Source: a virus (Duplodnaviria > Caudoviricetes). From it: 64,000 nucleotides of DNA. Position 1 is the first letter of the stretch, and each line of letters begins with the position of its first letter. This document shows positions 20,079 through 30,831 of this stretch, piece after piece. A program made the position numbers and the translations under genes. Below the pieces are notes generated by a model, which did no database searches, had not been told where the DNA came from, and worked only from the letters and a program-made list of their open reading frames with translations. The DNA lies in the IMG/VR virus record IMGVR_UViG_3300031555_003590, positions 96,001 to 160,000 of that record; one strand, written 5' to 3'.

Positions 20079-20648
20079 TTGCTATTGGATAATATGTTAA
20101 AAATTTATGAGAAATTAAATCATATTGAAAAATGTTTAGAGGAGGCTAAAACTATTTTAGAAAATACAAATCCATGGATTGGTTATATTCCTCCGGATGC
20201 TCCTGAGTCATTCTTTATGGAAATGGCTGAGATATATCCAAAATATAACCAGAAGAAAAATCCTAAGATTAAATTTCATGTAGTGGTTCCTGAGGGTAAT
20301 GAGGGTCCAGTTCCACATGTTCATGTATATTTTAGACATAAAGAGGATAAAGATAAAAGATATATCTCTTATATTGATCTCACTAGATGTGGCTATGCTC
20401 CTCAACATGAAGATGAATGTAAACATTTAATTAGTAAAGAGAAAAAGGCATTAGTTAAATTCTTTGAAACATATCAGCCGAATATTTATACTATGGATAA
20501 AAATGGAAATCCAGTTCCAGCGAATTGTTATCAACACGCATTAGATGTATATATTGATGCACATGATGTTCCTCAAAGTCTTATTGATAAATTAGAACGT
20601 GACGAAAATGGTTTATTTATAATGCCTGATTATCTTAAATTGGAATAA
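20079..20648 (+). CDS. Hypothetical protein with a DUF4160-like PHxHV motif
   Basis: EGNEGPVPHVHVYF. Confidence 0.45.
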   Translation: MLLDNMLKIYEKLNHIEKCLEEAKTILENTNPWIGYIPPDAPESFFMEMAEIYPKYNQKKNPKIKFHVVVPEGNEGPVPHVHVYFRHKEDKDKRYISYIDLTRCGYAPQHEDECKHLISKEKKALVKFFETYQPNIYTMDKNGNPVPANCYQHALDVYIDAHDVPQSLIDKLERDENGLFIMPDYLKLE

Positions 20649-20682
20649 AAAAGAAAGGGGATTAATATATCCCCTTTCTTTT

Positions 20683-20868
20683 TTATAAATTCATAATAAA
20701 GGTATAACATTTCGGATCATCAATAGTATTGATAGTAATATCTACATTAGTAATTATTTGATTATTGTCTCTAATTTCAGAAAGTGATTTAATTATATCA
20801 AGAATAATTGAATCAGTACCTTCTGTAGATTTATTTGGATTTTTACATGTAATTGTAACTTCATTCAT
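20683..20868 (-). CDS. Small hypothetical protein
   Basis: AGGAGGT RBS and promoter motif on the minus strand. Confidence 0.5.
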   Translation of the reverse strand: MNEVTITCKNPNKSTEGTDSIILDIIKSLSEIRDNNQIITNVDITINTIDDPKCYTFIMNL

Positions 20869-20968
20869 TATTTATTACCTCCTATATATTATATATTTAT
20901 AATATATAATTTAAAATTTGAACCCGAGATTAATATATGAATAATATGATATAAGGAGGAATGTTAAT

Positions 20969-22783
20969 ATGAATTTAAATCAATCTTCATTAATATTATT
21001 TGAATCAGAACGAAAGAAATATGAATATATACCACCAGAAGGAAGTAATTCATTTTATACTATCGGTGATGGAGAAATAAATCTAGAATGTATTAGAGAT
21101 AATTCTGATAATTATAGATTTGATCTATATACTCAAAATGGACATATTTATACTGGTCCTAGTAATTTTACAATATCAGGAGATATAATTAATAATGAAT
21201 TTCCATATAATGATTTTACTATTATTCCAAATACTATTGTAAGTGTTAATCATACTCTTACTATTAGTAAAGGTACATTAGCTGTACATGGTAAATTAGA
21301 ATTAATGTCAGGATCTCAGTTAATTGTTAGAGATAAAGGAAATATTATTTTTTATCCTGATTCTGAATTTATAATTCATAATGAAACAGATATTTCAGTT
21401 GCTCCAGAATCCAATATCGACATTTATGGTAATATTGATGTTCATTTATCTGAAGTAGATACAATTTTAAATGTGTATGGTATTACAATTGATTCTGCTG
21501 CAGTAATGAATGTAACAGGTATCAATTTATACGATAGGCCATATAGCATGACTGATTATGATTTTGATTTGCGTAATACTATTATAAATGTTCATACTCA
21601 AGGTGAAACTAACTATGAAGATGGTCGTTTAGGATATACATGGACAGGTGGTTCTCCTAATGAATCATCTCAAATTATTAGAATGATTTTATTATGGGGA
21701 CAAGCAATATTAGGAGATTTCAAATTCTCAGTATTAGGAACTCCAGAAAATAGTATTCCTAATCTACAAATGGTATCTGAATTATTAATTAAAAAAGATA
21801 CTACTTTATATATTACTGAAAATTATAAAGGTAGTAGATATATTAGACCTGACCTGTATTTAGGATTGGTAATTGGAAATAATAAAACTCCAGCTACTTG
21901 TATTATAGAAGGTAATATTATTGTAGATGGAATTAATTCTACAATAACAATTGATAGAGGAGCTCGTTTGTATATTAGACCAACGGGCACTGTAAAATTG
22001 ATAAATAATGCTCGTATTAAATCTACATATAATGATGAAAACACTCCAGTATTATTTATTGATGGAACTTTAATTATTGATGATATTAGTCAAATTAGTA
22101 TGTTTTATCCAGGTAATATTGTATTTGGTGAAACTGGTAAAGTGGTTGTATTAAATCCTGATACTGGTGAAAAAAGAATATTATGGTCTACACCTTCAGG
22201 TATTGAATCTACTGATTTATATAGATTATTTAAAGATAGAATTGATCATATAGAATATCATATTCAAAATAATACTGGTATTGGTATTGATAAATATTTT
22301 GAATTTTATGCAAGAGATTTCACTAAATGGTATGGTGGTAGACGTATTGAGAAAGCAATCCATGATGGTATATTAGTATGGCATGATGGAGGATTTATTG
22401 AAGTATATAATGATATTACTCCGTGGGTAAATGAAAATTGTACATTATTTGAAGCATCTCGATTTTTTAAATCATTTGCTTCTTATGATGAAGAACGTTT
22501 ACAAGAAGTGGTTGATAGATTAAAATATACTGGATGTGGTAATATACTATTTAGATTTGTTAACTCTGGTAAAATTGGTGAAGTAATAATGACATTAGAT
22601 GGCACTAAAATGGAATCTGTACTAGCTAATGTTACTAAAGGAACTTATATTCTCAATACTGATAATGATGGAACTTTATTTATGAGAAATAAATTATCAA
22701 CTACTGATGTAGATAATATTGTAAATGATAATGCTAAACAAATTGAAATTAAAAATAAACAAGTTGAATTTACTTTACCATAA
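20969..22783 (+). CDS. Putative structural protein, beta-helix-like
   Basis: 604 aa, repeated G-x-L/I-x-V/I-x-G strands; AAGGAGG RBS. Confidence 0.45.
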   Translation: MNLNQSSLILFESERKKYEYIPPEGSNSFYTIGDGEINLECIRDNSDNYRFDLYTQNGHIYTGPSNFTISGDIINNEFPYNDFTIIPNTIVSVNHTLTISKGTLAVHGKLELMSGSQLIVRDKGNIIFYPDSEFIIHNETDISVAPESNIDIYGNIDVHLSEVDTILNVYGITIDSAAVMNVTGINLYDRPYSMTDYDFDLRNTIINVHTQGETNYEDGRLGYTWTGGSPNESSQIIRMILLWGQAILGDFKFSVLGTPENSIPNLQMVSELLIKKDTTLYITENYKGSRYIRPDLYLGLVIGNNKTPATCIIEGNIIVDGINSTITIDRGARLYIRPTGTVKLINNARIKSTYNDENTPVLFIDGTLIIDDISQISMFYPGNIVFGETGKVVVLNPDTGEKRILWSTPSGIESTDLYRLFKDRIDHIEYHIQNNTGIGIDKYFEFYARDFTKWYGGRRIEKAIHDGILVWHDGGFIEVYNDITPWVNENCTLFEASRFFKSFASYDEERLQEVVDRLKYTGCGNILFRFVNSGKIGEVIMTLDGTKMESVLANVTKGTYILNTDNDGTLFMRNKLSTTDVDNIVNDNAKQIEIKNKQVEFTLP

Positions 22784-22918
22784 TAATATAGGAGGGATAT
22801 AATATCCCTCCTATATTTATCGTATATTTTTATAAAATATTTATATATTATTTATTTGAATAAAAGATTGAAATATATCTGATATTCAAAAAATTGATTA
22901 TAAACGGAGGAATTACAA

Positions 22919-23101
22919 ATGTTGCTAACTATGATTAAAATGATTTTCAAAAAGAATTATGCAAAAGAAATTTATGAAAACAGTAAAAATCCTGTTATTA
23001 CTAATGAAGATGGTCTTCGTGTAATCCAGATTTCTTCTGGTAATGGAAAAGTTGTTGATGGCAGGCTCATGATTGGTGGTAGCTCTATTTTCTATCATTA
23101 A
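22919..23101 (+). CDS. Small hypothetical early protein
   Basis: GGAGG RBS, promoter motif at 22842. Confidence 0.5.
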   Translation: MLLTMIKMIFKKNYAKEIYENSKNPVITNEDGLRVIQISSGNGKVVDGRLMIGGSSIFYH

Positions 23102-23132
23102 TGAATAAAAATATTTAAAGGAGATATTTACT

Positions 23133-23639
23133 ATGAATACTATCAAATTTAATGCAAGTATGTTTATCGTTCCTAATAGCCTCAGCAAGGTTAAGAATTT
23201 CTTCAATCCTGAGAAATATAAAAAGATAATGACTGAAATCTGCGAACTCAATGGAACAACCTTTGATCCTAAAAATGATTTAATCGTTCAAACTTGGTAT
23301 AATTCTAAACAGCTTGGTTCTGAAAACCTTGCTCGTCACGGCGCATACAAAAGAACAGAAGATGGTAATACATATATCATTGATTTCTATGCTCAAGAAT
23401 ATTTTCCTGTGAAGATTTTCAAGGATCACAAGGAAGGTGATGTCATCAATTTTAAAATTCCTTGTAAACTTACTAAAAGATATACTTGTGATGATGACAA
23501 TGAAGCCTTTAGTACAGAAGAAACAATTGAAGCTATTGCTGATATGCAGTTGGAATTGAACCAATTGGATTATCGGTATCGTAATCATGGTACTTTTGAA
23601 GAAGTGCTTGATAAACTGATTAGTAGATACCATGATTAA
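23133..23639 (+). CDS. Hypothetical protein
   Basis: 168-aa ORF with AAGGAG RBS. Confidence 0.6.
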   Translation: MNTIKFNASMFIVPNSLSKVKNFFNPEKYKKIMTEICELNGTTFDPKNDLIVQTWYNSKQLGSENLARHGAYKRTEDGNTYIIDFYAQEYFPVKIFKDHKEGDVINFKIPCKLTKRYTCDDDNEAFSTEETIEAIADMQLELNQLDYRYRNHGTFEEVLDKLISRYHD

Positions 23640-23660
23640 AACATTTTGGAGGTATTATAA

Positions 23661-24275
23661 ATGACTATCACTACTAGCACTAATGAAGTTCTCTTCAATA
23701 GCACCTTATATGAAATGCCTGATTACTGGCCATTCAAAGTGATAAATGCTACATTCGGTGATAAGAACATGTATCTACAGGCAAATGTTCCTGGTATCTA
23801 CGAGGCTATTAACACTCTGAGTGATCGAGAAAAAGAAATCATTCTCCTTCGCTTTAAAGATGAAATGACTTTAAAGGATATAGGTAACCGATTCGGTATT
23901 TCTCAGGAGCGTAGTCGGCAAATTATTGCCAAGGCTTTAAGGAAACTTCGTCATCCGAGCCGATTTAAGTTTATGCTCGCAACAAGCAGAGCAGATTATG
24001 ATGAGATTAAAGAAAGGCTTAAATTTGCAGAAGCGACTATAGCCAAACTACAAGCGGATGAGCCAACAAAAAATGTACTTGAACTTAGTATCGAAGATGT
24101 TGCATTTAGCTATAGAGCTTTCCATTGTTTACATCAAGCCAATATCAATAATATTGCTGATCTCAGTACTATGACAGTAAAAGATCTACTGAAGATTCAT
24201 AATCTTGGAACAACCACTGCTAGGGAAATCGTTTATAAACTTAAATCTTTTGGGATTAATATACCTGAAGAATAA
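23661..24275 (+). CDS. Sigma-70 region 4 / RNAP alpha-CTD fusion protein
   Basis: [46 protein letters not shown], then [31 protein letters not shown]. Confidence 0.85.
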   Translation: [204 protein letters not shown]

Positions 24276-24311
24276 AAAGAAAGGGAGCAAATTAAAGCTC
24301 CCTTTCTTTTT
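24274..24311. terminator. Bidirectional terminator between convergent genes
   Basis: AAAAAGAAAGGGAGC...GCTCCCTTTCTTTTT. Confidence 0.85.
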
Positions 24312-26880
24312 ATTCATATATTACATTTTGTAATTTAGATCTAGGTACATCATCAGACATACAAATACAATCCATTGGAATATTTATCATCTGAGATAAA
24401 TTATGAGAAATAATAAATGCTTGTTCAGCTTCTAATGTATTCATTTGAGTATATAACATCTTTAAGAATGCTGATCTTCTATCGGAATCTAAGCCTGCAT
24501 CCAATTCATCGACTAGCAATATATTGTATGTTCCGGAAGCACGATTTGCCAAAGCAAATGATAGAGCCATAGTTATCAAAGCAACTTCAGACTGACTTGC
24601 ATATTTAACATCAGGAATTTTAGTTCCATTCTTAATATATGGAACTTCAAATGTATCCTGAGTAACTTTAAACTTTGCAAGTTGTAATTCACCATCATAT
24701 ATTAATCCAAGTAATTCATTAGATAATTTCTGAATTCTACCTAAGTATCGTTTCATATAAATAACCGGAATACCTTTCTTAGTAGATACAGAATCTTGAA
24801 TTAAATTTAAATCAGTATTTTTCTTTGATAACTCTTTACCTTCTTTAACTAGTCTATTATACTCATTTAATTTATTTTCTTTTTCTTTTAAATCTTCTCT
24901 ATACATATTAATCTGACCAGTTACTTGTCTAAGTCTAAACTCCAATTCTCTACGTTCATGTTCAGCTGATTCTAAGGGTTCTAATAATTTAGTAGTAGAT
25001 TCAATGGTAGATTCAAGTATAGATTTAAATTTTTTACCATCATTATATTTAGTAACTAATCCAATTTGTCTATCTATAGTATCTAAATTAGATTGTATGG
25101 TAATTATATTGGATTGAAGAGTTTCAATATTAGATTTATAGAAATCAATACTTTCTCTACATTGTTTAATTTCACTAATATGAGAATCAATACCAGAACT
25201 TTTATAAACAGATAACTGTTGTTCATATTGTTTTAACTTTTCTACATTCTCTACATAGATTTCATGTTCTCTAATTATAGTTAAATATTCTTGAAATCCA
25301 CTAATATCAAATAATGGTAATTTATTACTTAATCTTCTATAAATTTCACTTTCTTCTAATCCACTCTTTAACATTGCAGATAAATTATTAGTAGCTCTAA
25401 TCTCATCCATTCCATTTAAAATATTATCAACATTATTAGAAATTACTTTAATATATCTCAAAGTTTCATCATCTAGTGATTCTTCATCCAATTTATCTTT
25501 GATAGTAGTAATAGTATCAGCTAGTTTATAATAAGGACATTCTATATATTGAGTATCACAATTAGGAGTAATAATATCTTCATCAGCAAATACTTGATTT
25601 AGTAGAGTTCTAATATCGCTTTCATTTATTCTACTCATATTCTTTTTAAGTTGAGTAGTTACAAATTTATCTACAGACTTATTATCTCTTTTTAATTGTA
25701 AATATACTTCTAAAGGTTTATTACCTAAAGTATACAACATCTGTCCAATTTGATTGAATGATGTTAATTTATTTACTACTTGATGAATATCATTAGATGT
25801 AGATCCTAAAGATCTAAATTCTTTAATAGTTTTATTAACAGAATTTAATGAATTTCTTAAACTTTCAATAGCATTGGTTAGCGATTGTAAATCGTTATTA
25901 GAAGTAACTCGTTTAATAAGAATATCTAATCTCTCAATATTTCTTAAATTATTATCAATGGATATTCTATAAGAATTAATTTTGGCTTGAGTATTAATTT
26001 TATCTTCTGATAATGATGATCTTTTCTTCATTAAATTATCAATAGTAGTATCCTGTAACCCTTCACTAATAATATTATTCTCAGTACGTTCTAATTCAGA
26101 TAATGATACTTTAGCTTCTTGATATTTTCTACGTAAGTCATCAATATTATTAGTACTCATAAGAGCTTGTAGTTTACTAATAGAAGCAATTACACTATCT
26201 CTATCTTTTTCTAATTTTTTAATAGATTTATTTAATTGATTAATTTTTTCTTCTTCAACTATAGGATCTGAAATATGGCAATTGTATAGATTATTGTTAT
26301 TAGTAGCTAACATAGCTTTTACTATTCTAATATCTTCATTTATTTTCTTATATATCTTAAGATACATATCAATTTCTTCAATTAATTTACCAATGTATTC
26401 TTTTCTTTTAGCAGGTGCTAGTGTAATAAATGAATTAACATTAGTACCTAATCTAATTAACCTCATCATTTCTTCAGTTAACCCAAAATGTAATTCTACT
26501 AATTGAAGAAATGATCTTACATTTCCATTTTCATTTAATTCTTCACTATTTTTAATAAAGTAACTTTTTACTGTGTGACTATCTTTAGTTGCTTTATAAT
26601 AATGCTTGATAATATATTCATCTTCATTATCTTTATAATGAATTTCTTTATAACCATCATAACCTTTTCTAATATAAGGTAATGAAGATCTTTCATCTAA
26701 TGATGTTACATATGCAAATGGGGTTAACGAAGACATTAGTACTGTTTTTGCACTTCCATTTTTACCAGATATACTTACTATTTTATTCTTAGAATTTTCA
26801 AATGAGATTTCTATTTTTTCTTTATTTTGACCTACATATAGACCAGCAACATTTTCTAATTTGATATATGTTATTTTCAT
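24310..26880 (-). CDS. sbcC: SbcC/Rad50-like SMC ATPase
   Basis: Walker A GKNGSAKT, long coiled coil, ASQSE signature, LLVDELDAGLD, IISH. Confidence 0.9.
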   Translation of the reverse strand: MKITYIKLENVAGLYVGQNKEKIEISFENSKNKIVSISGKNGSAKTVLMSSLTPFAYVTSLDERSSLPYIRKGYDGYKEIHYKDNEDEYIIKHYYKATKDSHTVKSYFIKNSEELNENGNVRSFLQLVELHFGLTEEMMRLIRLGTNVNSFITLAPAKRKEYIGKLIEEIDMYLKIYKKINEDIRIVKAMLATNNNNLYNCHISDPIVEEEKINQLNKSIKKLEKDRDSVIASISKLQALMSTNNIDDLRRKYQEAKVSLSELERTENNIISEGLQDTTIDNLMKKRSSLSEDKINTQAKINSYRISIDNNLRNIERLDILIKRVTSNNDLQSLTNAIESLRNSLNSVNKTIKEFRSLGSTSNDIHQVVNKLTSFNQIGQMLYTLGNKPLEVYLQLKRDNKSVDKFVTTQLKKNMSRINESDIRTLLNQVFADEDIITPNCDTQYIECPYYKLADTITTIKDKLDEESLDDETLRYIKVISNNVDNILNGMDEIRATNNLSAMLKSGLEESEIYRRLSNKLPLFDISGFQEYLTIIREHEIYVENVEKLKQYEQQLSVYKSSGIDSHISEIKQCRESIDFYKSNIETLQSNIITIQSNLDTIDRQIGLVTKYNDGKKFKSILESTIESTTKLLEPLESAEHERRELEFRLRQVTGQINMYREDLKEKENKLNEYNRLVKEGKELSKKNTDLNLIQDSVSTKKGIPVIYMKRYLGRIQKLSNELLGLIYDGELQLAKFKVTQDTFEVPYIKNGTKIPDVKYASQSEVALITMALSFALANRASGTYNILLVDELDAGLDSDRRSAFLKMLYTQMNTLEAEQAFIISHNLSQMINIPMDCICMSDDVPRSKLQNVIYE

Positions 26881-26916
26881 CTATTCAAATCCTTTCTCTT
26901 ATTATCATCTATCATG

Positions 26917-26926
26917 ATAATATATA
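26917..26926 (-). promoter_or_regulatory. Putative early promoter for sbcC
   Basis: TATATATTAT on the minus strand about 37 nt upstream of the ATG. Confidence 0.55.
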
Positions 26927-26984
26927 ATTTAACTTTCTTCAATATTATAAGAATATTTATTATATTATAGAGAGGAGTATTAAA

Positions 26985-28265
26985 ATGTCAATTATGTATC
27001 AAGAATATATTGAAGATTATATAAAAGAAGCAACTAATGAAATGTTAAAATATAATACTGAAGCTACTGATAAAAGTGCAGTATATAAAGAAAATTATTA
27101 TTTAAGAGATAATCTTCAAATTCCATTTGTTTCTCCAGTATTATCTAAACGAAAAAATCGTGATGAATTAGTTCAATTTACTTCTAAATTTATGGATGAT
27201 CATTCATTTCAATTATCAACTGCAGGTCCAATTCATATATTTATGTTTGGAGATAAAGAAACTAGTTTTCTATATGAAATGTTTGGAGTTACTGGAGAAC
27301 AATTAGTAGCAATGTATCATGCAATGGTTAATGAAGCATTTTTTGGTAAAATTAGTACATTCTTTGATGGATGGGTTAAAAATGCACCACATAAAATTTT
27401 ATTAATTGCAATATTAATTGAAGCATTACAAAAAGGATATGAAGATATTGTAGAAGTAGTTGAATATCTATATGCATTTTCTGAATACCCAATTATATAT
27501 AGATTATTCTGGAAAACTGGTGTAAAAGAAGATGTAATGACTTATACAATTGAACATTTAGGAGCTAAATTTAAAGTTAAAAAAGTATCTAACTTACAAG
27601 CTTTATTAAAGTATGATGCACATTCATCTGTATCAGCTAAGACAGAAGCATTATTAACTGGAGCTGATAATACTTATACTGATTTTATGCAACGAATGAG
27701 AAACCAGATGAAAAATACATTTACTAATATTGCTAGAGCATATTATGATAATGATAAAGAAAATGCAACTCATCATAATACTGCTAATATTTTTGATGAT
27801 GGTTCAATAGCTGATCAAGAAGGTCATATCACTAATATTGCTCAAGCAGTAGATAAAACAATTAATAGATTTAGCACTAAAGAAGTTAATACTTCCATTG
27901 CTAGAATTGTTGCAGATGGAAGTAAAGTTGATAAAAATACTCTTATTACTTATATTAATCAAATTAATTCAGCAAAAAATAATAAAATTAATAAATTAAT
28001 TGAAGTTATTATTACTGCTTATTTTAATAAGAATCCAACTAATACTTCTTTAGGCAGTAGTGAATTTTTAAATTTTGGATTGGCAATGTATAGATCAATT
28101 GGAACTTCAAAGGATCCAATGTATCAGGAAGTAAAAACAATTTTAACATATTGGATGAATGATATTATTAATATAAGAGAAACTTATAGTAGAGAAGCAA
28201 CTATAATTAGTTATACAAGAGCAATTTATAATTACATGGTATTTATGATTAATCATTATAATTAA
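26985..28265 (+). CDS. Hypothetical protein (possibly virion-associated)
   Basis: 426-aa ORF with GAGGAG RBS. Confidence 0.55.
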   Translation: MSIMYQEYIEDYIKEATNEMLKYNTEATDKSAVYKENYYLRDNLQIPFVSPVLSKRKNRDELVQFTSKFMDDHSFQLSTAGPIHIFMFGDKETSFLYEMFGVTGEQLVAMYHAMVNEAFFGKISTFFDGWVKNAPHKILLIAILIEALQKGYEDIVEVVEYLYAFSEYPIIYRLFWKTGVKEDVMTYTIEHLGAKFKVKKVSNLQALLKYDAHSSVSAKTEALLTGADNTYTDFMQRMRNQMKNTFTNIARAYYDNDKENATHHNTANIFDDGSIADQEGHITNIAQAVDKTINRFSTKEVNTSIARIVADGSKVDKNTLITYINQINSAKNNKINKLIEVIITAYFNKNPTNTSLGSSEFLNFGLAMYRSIGTSKDPMYQEVKTILTYWMNDIINIRETYSREATIISYTRAIYNYMVFMINHYN

Positions 28266-28325
28266 TTATTTAATTATAAACTGCTGATGTAATAGAAAAA
28301 TTAGTAAAGGAGAGATAAAATAGTT

Positions 28326-30263
28326 ATGAATGATAATAAAAGTTCTGGCTTTAGTGTTTTAGATATGGCTGATAGTTATGCTGCTGCTAATAATATTGAT
28401 ACAGCTGATATTTTTAGAAAAAATCCTGTATCTGGTAATATTAAGGCTGAACTAGAAGCCAATGAAACTATTGAAAAACAATCTACTGAAGAAACAACAA
28501 ATCAACCTATTAAACCGATAACACGAGAAAAGAAAGAATGGATGCCTGATTCTTCTTTGCTTGAAGGAATGAATGAATTTTCTGGTCCTGTAACTTATCA
28601 TAAAGATGAAATTAAAGTATCTTCTGATACTGAGTTAAAAAATATTTCTGATGATAATGCAATTAAAGATAGCATGGAAACCATGAATGAATTAGATCGG
28701 AAGAGAGTAAATATTGAACAAGCAAAGAAACGTCATGGTATTAAGAATTTCCAAATTCCTGAGGGTCCTTATCATGCTTCTATTTTTGCTGCCGCTGGAG
28801 ATACTAATTATAAACGAGCTCAAGAAAAATTAGATGAAATTTTTAATGAAATTAAAGAAACTTATCCTGAGTTTATTTTAGAATGGGAGAGTAAAGAAGA
28901 AGCTCCAATCAATCAAGATAATGATTTAATGGAAAATGTTATAAAGAATACTCCTTCACTAAAAGAAAATAAACTAGCTGATGCAATTGTAAATGATCCT
29001 AATATAATTCTTCCAGATTCTGAAATTAAACCTTTGGAAAGTGAAGAAGTAAAAGTTATAATTGATAAAAGTAATCTTCCTGAAGTATCTTGGACTCCTG
29101 ATGAACTTGATAAAATTAAAAAGTCTCGTACAGTAGAATTGAATATTATTGAGTCTTCTCCTCTTGAATTTAGTGAAATTCAAGATGTAGATAGTAATAT
29201 GGTTGATACTGTACTAGCTCCATATCAGAGAAAATATAACGATGTATCTATTGCATTACCTGCTTCTAGATATCGTGCAACTATAACTGGACTTACTTTT
29301 GCAGAATTAACAGATTTACAAACTTCAGTAGAAATGAATAGTATTGATGCAGAACGTAAAAAGTGGAGTATTTGTTATAATCATATTAGAAATCAAAATA
29401 TTGGTCCTTGGGAAGAATATAAATGGTATATTGATCCTAATACCAAGAAGAAAATTAAAGTTGGAATCAGTGATAAAGTTCCAAATAATATTAATCCAAA
29501 TGATGTTCATACAATATCTAAATTTGATGATTTCTTAATGAAAACTTCATACATTGATCTTGATTTTATTATCTGGAAGATTCTTTGTGCTACTGCAATG
29601 GAAAATGAAATAATCACTATCAATTGTCATGCAAAACGTCCTAATGGTACCACTTGTAATAAGAGCTATGATTGGGTATATAATCCTAATGAATTATTAA
29701 GAGTTGATTTAATTGATCCTGCAGTATTAGAAGAAATGAAAGTTACTGGAGAAGCTAATACTAAAGAAGAAATTCTTAATAATTATAATTCTTCTCCGCT
29801 TCATTCTAATAATACTGTAAAGCTTAGAACTTCTGGTATGTCTGTTGTATTTGGTCATATTTCAGCATATGATTATTTAAATGAAATTTTTGGATTATCT
29901 GAAGATTTAAATGCAATGATTGAAGCAGAAGATCCTAGTAGTATTTCTAAAGGATTTAATATTTTAATGCTTAAATCTATTAAAGCTATTATTGTACCTA
30001 CTACTGATGGGAAATATATGAGAATTAAGGGTGGAGAAAATCTACTTAAGGTATTTGATACTCTTGATGAAGTTGATTGGCAAACATTATTTGAAATTTC
30101 AAATATGATGACTAATCCTTATGATTTTAAATATTCATTCCAAAATCTAGTATGTCCTTCTTGTCATACTAGATCAAGTATTGATATTGAAAATATTACT
30201 AGATTGCTTTTCATATTAGCTCAGAGCCTGACCAACGTACAAGTCGTATTGAAGAGAACTTAA
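28326..30263 (+). CDS. Putative baseplate-hub/tail assembly chaperone-like protein
   Basis: Acidic N-terminus; C-terminal region with two Cys pairs (INCHA..TCNK, VCPSC) reminiscent of T4 gp26/gp51-like proteins. Confidence 0.45.
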   Translation: MNDNKSSGFSVLDMADSYAAANNIDTADIFRKNPVSGNIKAELEANETIEKQSTEETTNQPIKPITREKKEWMPDSSLLEGMNEFSGPVTYHKDEIKVSSDTELKNISDDNAIKDSMETMNELDRKRVNIEQAKKRHGIKNFQIPEGPYHASIFAAAGDTNYKRAQEKLDEIFNEIKETYPEFILEWESKEEAPINQDNDLMENVIKNTPSLKENKLADAIVNDPNIILPDSEIKPLESEEVKVIIDKSNLPEVSWTPDELDKIKKSRTVELNIIESSPLEFSEIQDVDSNMVDTVLAPYQRKYNDVSIALPASRYRATITGLTFAELTDLQTSVEMNSIDAERKKWSICYNHIRNQNIGPWEEYKWYIDPNTKKKIKVGISDKVPNNINPNDVHTISKFDDFLMKTSYIDLDFIIWKILCATAMENEIITINCHAKRPNGTTCNKSYDWVYNPNELLRVDLIDPAVLEEMKVTGEANTKEEILNNYNSSPLHSNNTVKLRTSGMSVVFGHISAYDYLNEIFGLSEDLNAMIEAEDPSSISKGFNILMLKSIKAIIVPTTDGKYMRIKGGENLLKVFDTLDEVDWQTLFEISNMMTNPYDFKYSFQNLVCPSCHTRSSIDIENITRLLFILAQSLTNVQVVLKRT

Positions 30264-30409
30264 AACTTATTGAGGAATTTGGTATTTTATTTAAAGCTGA
30301 TCCTACATTTAATTATATTTTTACACAATTACCTCGTTCTCATTTTCTAAAAATTGTTGAATTACGACGAAAACGATTGGAAACGGAACCTCAACTTCCG
30401 TTATTATAA
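30203..30409 (+). CDS. Start-less -1 frame ORF, candidate frameshift extension of 28326-30263
   Basis: 68 open codons without ATG/GTG; ..EEFGILFKADPTFNYIFTQLPRSHFLKIVELRRKRLETE.. Confidence 0.5.
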   Translation: MAFHISSEPDQRTSRIEENLKLIEEFGILFKADPTFNYIFTQLPRSHFLKIVELRRKRLETEPQLPLL

Positions 30410-30460
30410 CTACTCTGAGCATAATCAATTAAGTTGAGATAAGAAAGAAGGTGGTATAAC

Positions 30461-30760
30461 ATGAATAAATATAAACCTGAATATTTAGGTAAAGTTATAC
30501 CAGCCGATAATCCAGGAAAACTTACAGACTTTGTAACTAATAAATACGAATCATTCTCTAAAACATATGATGCTTGTAAAGATCATTCTGATAAAATAAA
30601 TGATGTACAAGCTATAGAGTCTGAAAGTAATGATAAAAACTCCTTTAGTATGAAGATTCATACAGATAAGGATACAGTGGAGATAATTAAAAAAGCTATT
30701 GGATCAAATGACTCCATTACTATTAAAGATGACGTGATTACGGCTACATGCAATACCTAA
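30461..30760 (+). CDS. Hypothetical protein
   Basis: 99 aa; AAGGTGGT RBS. Confidence 0.55.
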   Translation: MNKYKPEYLGKVIPADNPGKLTDFVTNKYESFSKTYDACKDHSDKINDVQAIESESNDKNSFSMKIHTDKDTVEIIKKAIGSNDSITIKDDVITATCNT

Positions 30761-30796
30761 TATTCATATATTAAAATAATTATTAATTAAATAAAA

Positions 30797-30831
30797 AATA
30801 AAGAGAGGCCAATTAAGGCCTCTCTTTATTT
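30797..30831. terminator. Bidirectional terminator
   Basis: AATAAAGAGAGGCC...GGCCTCTCTTTATT. Confidence 0.8.
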
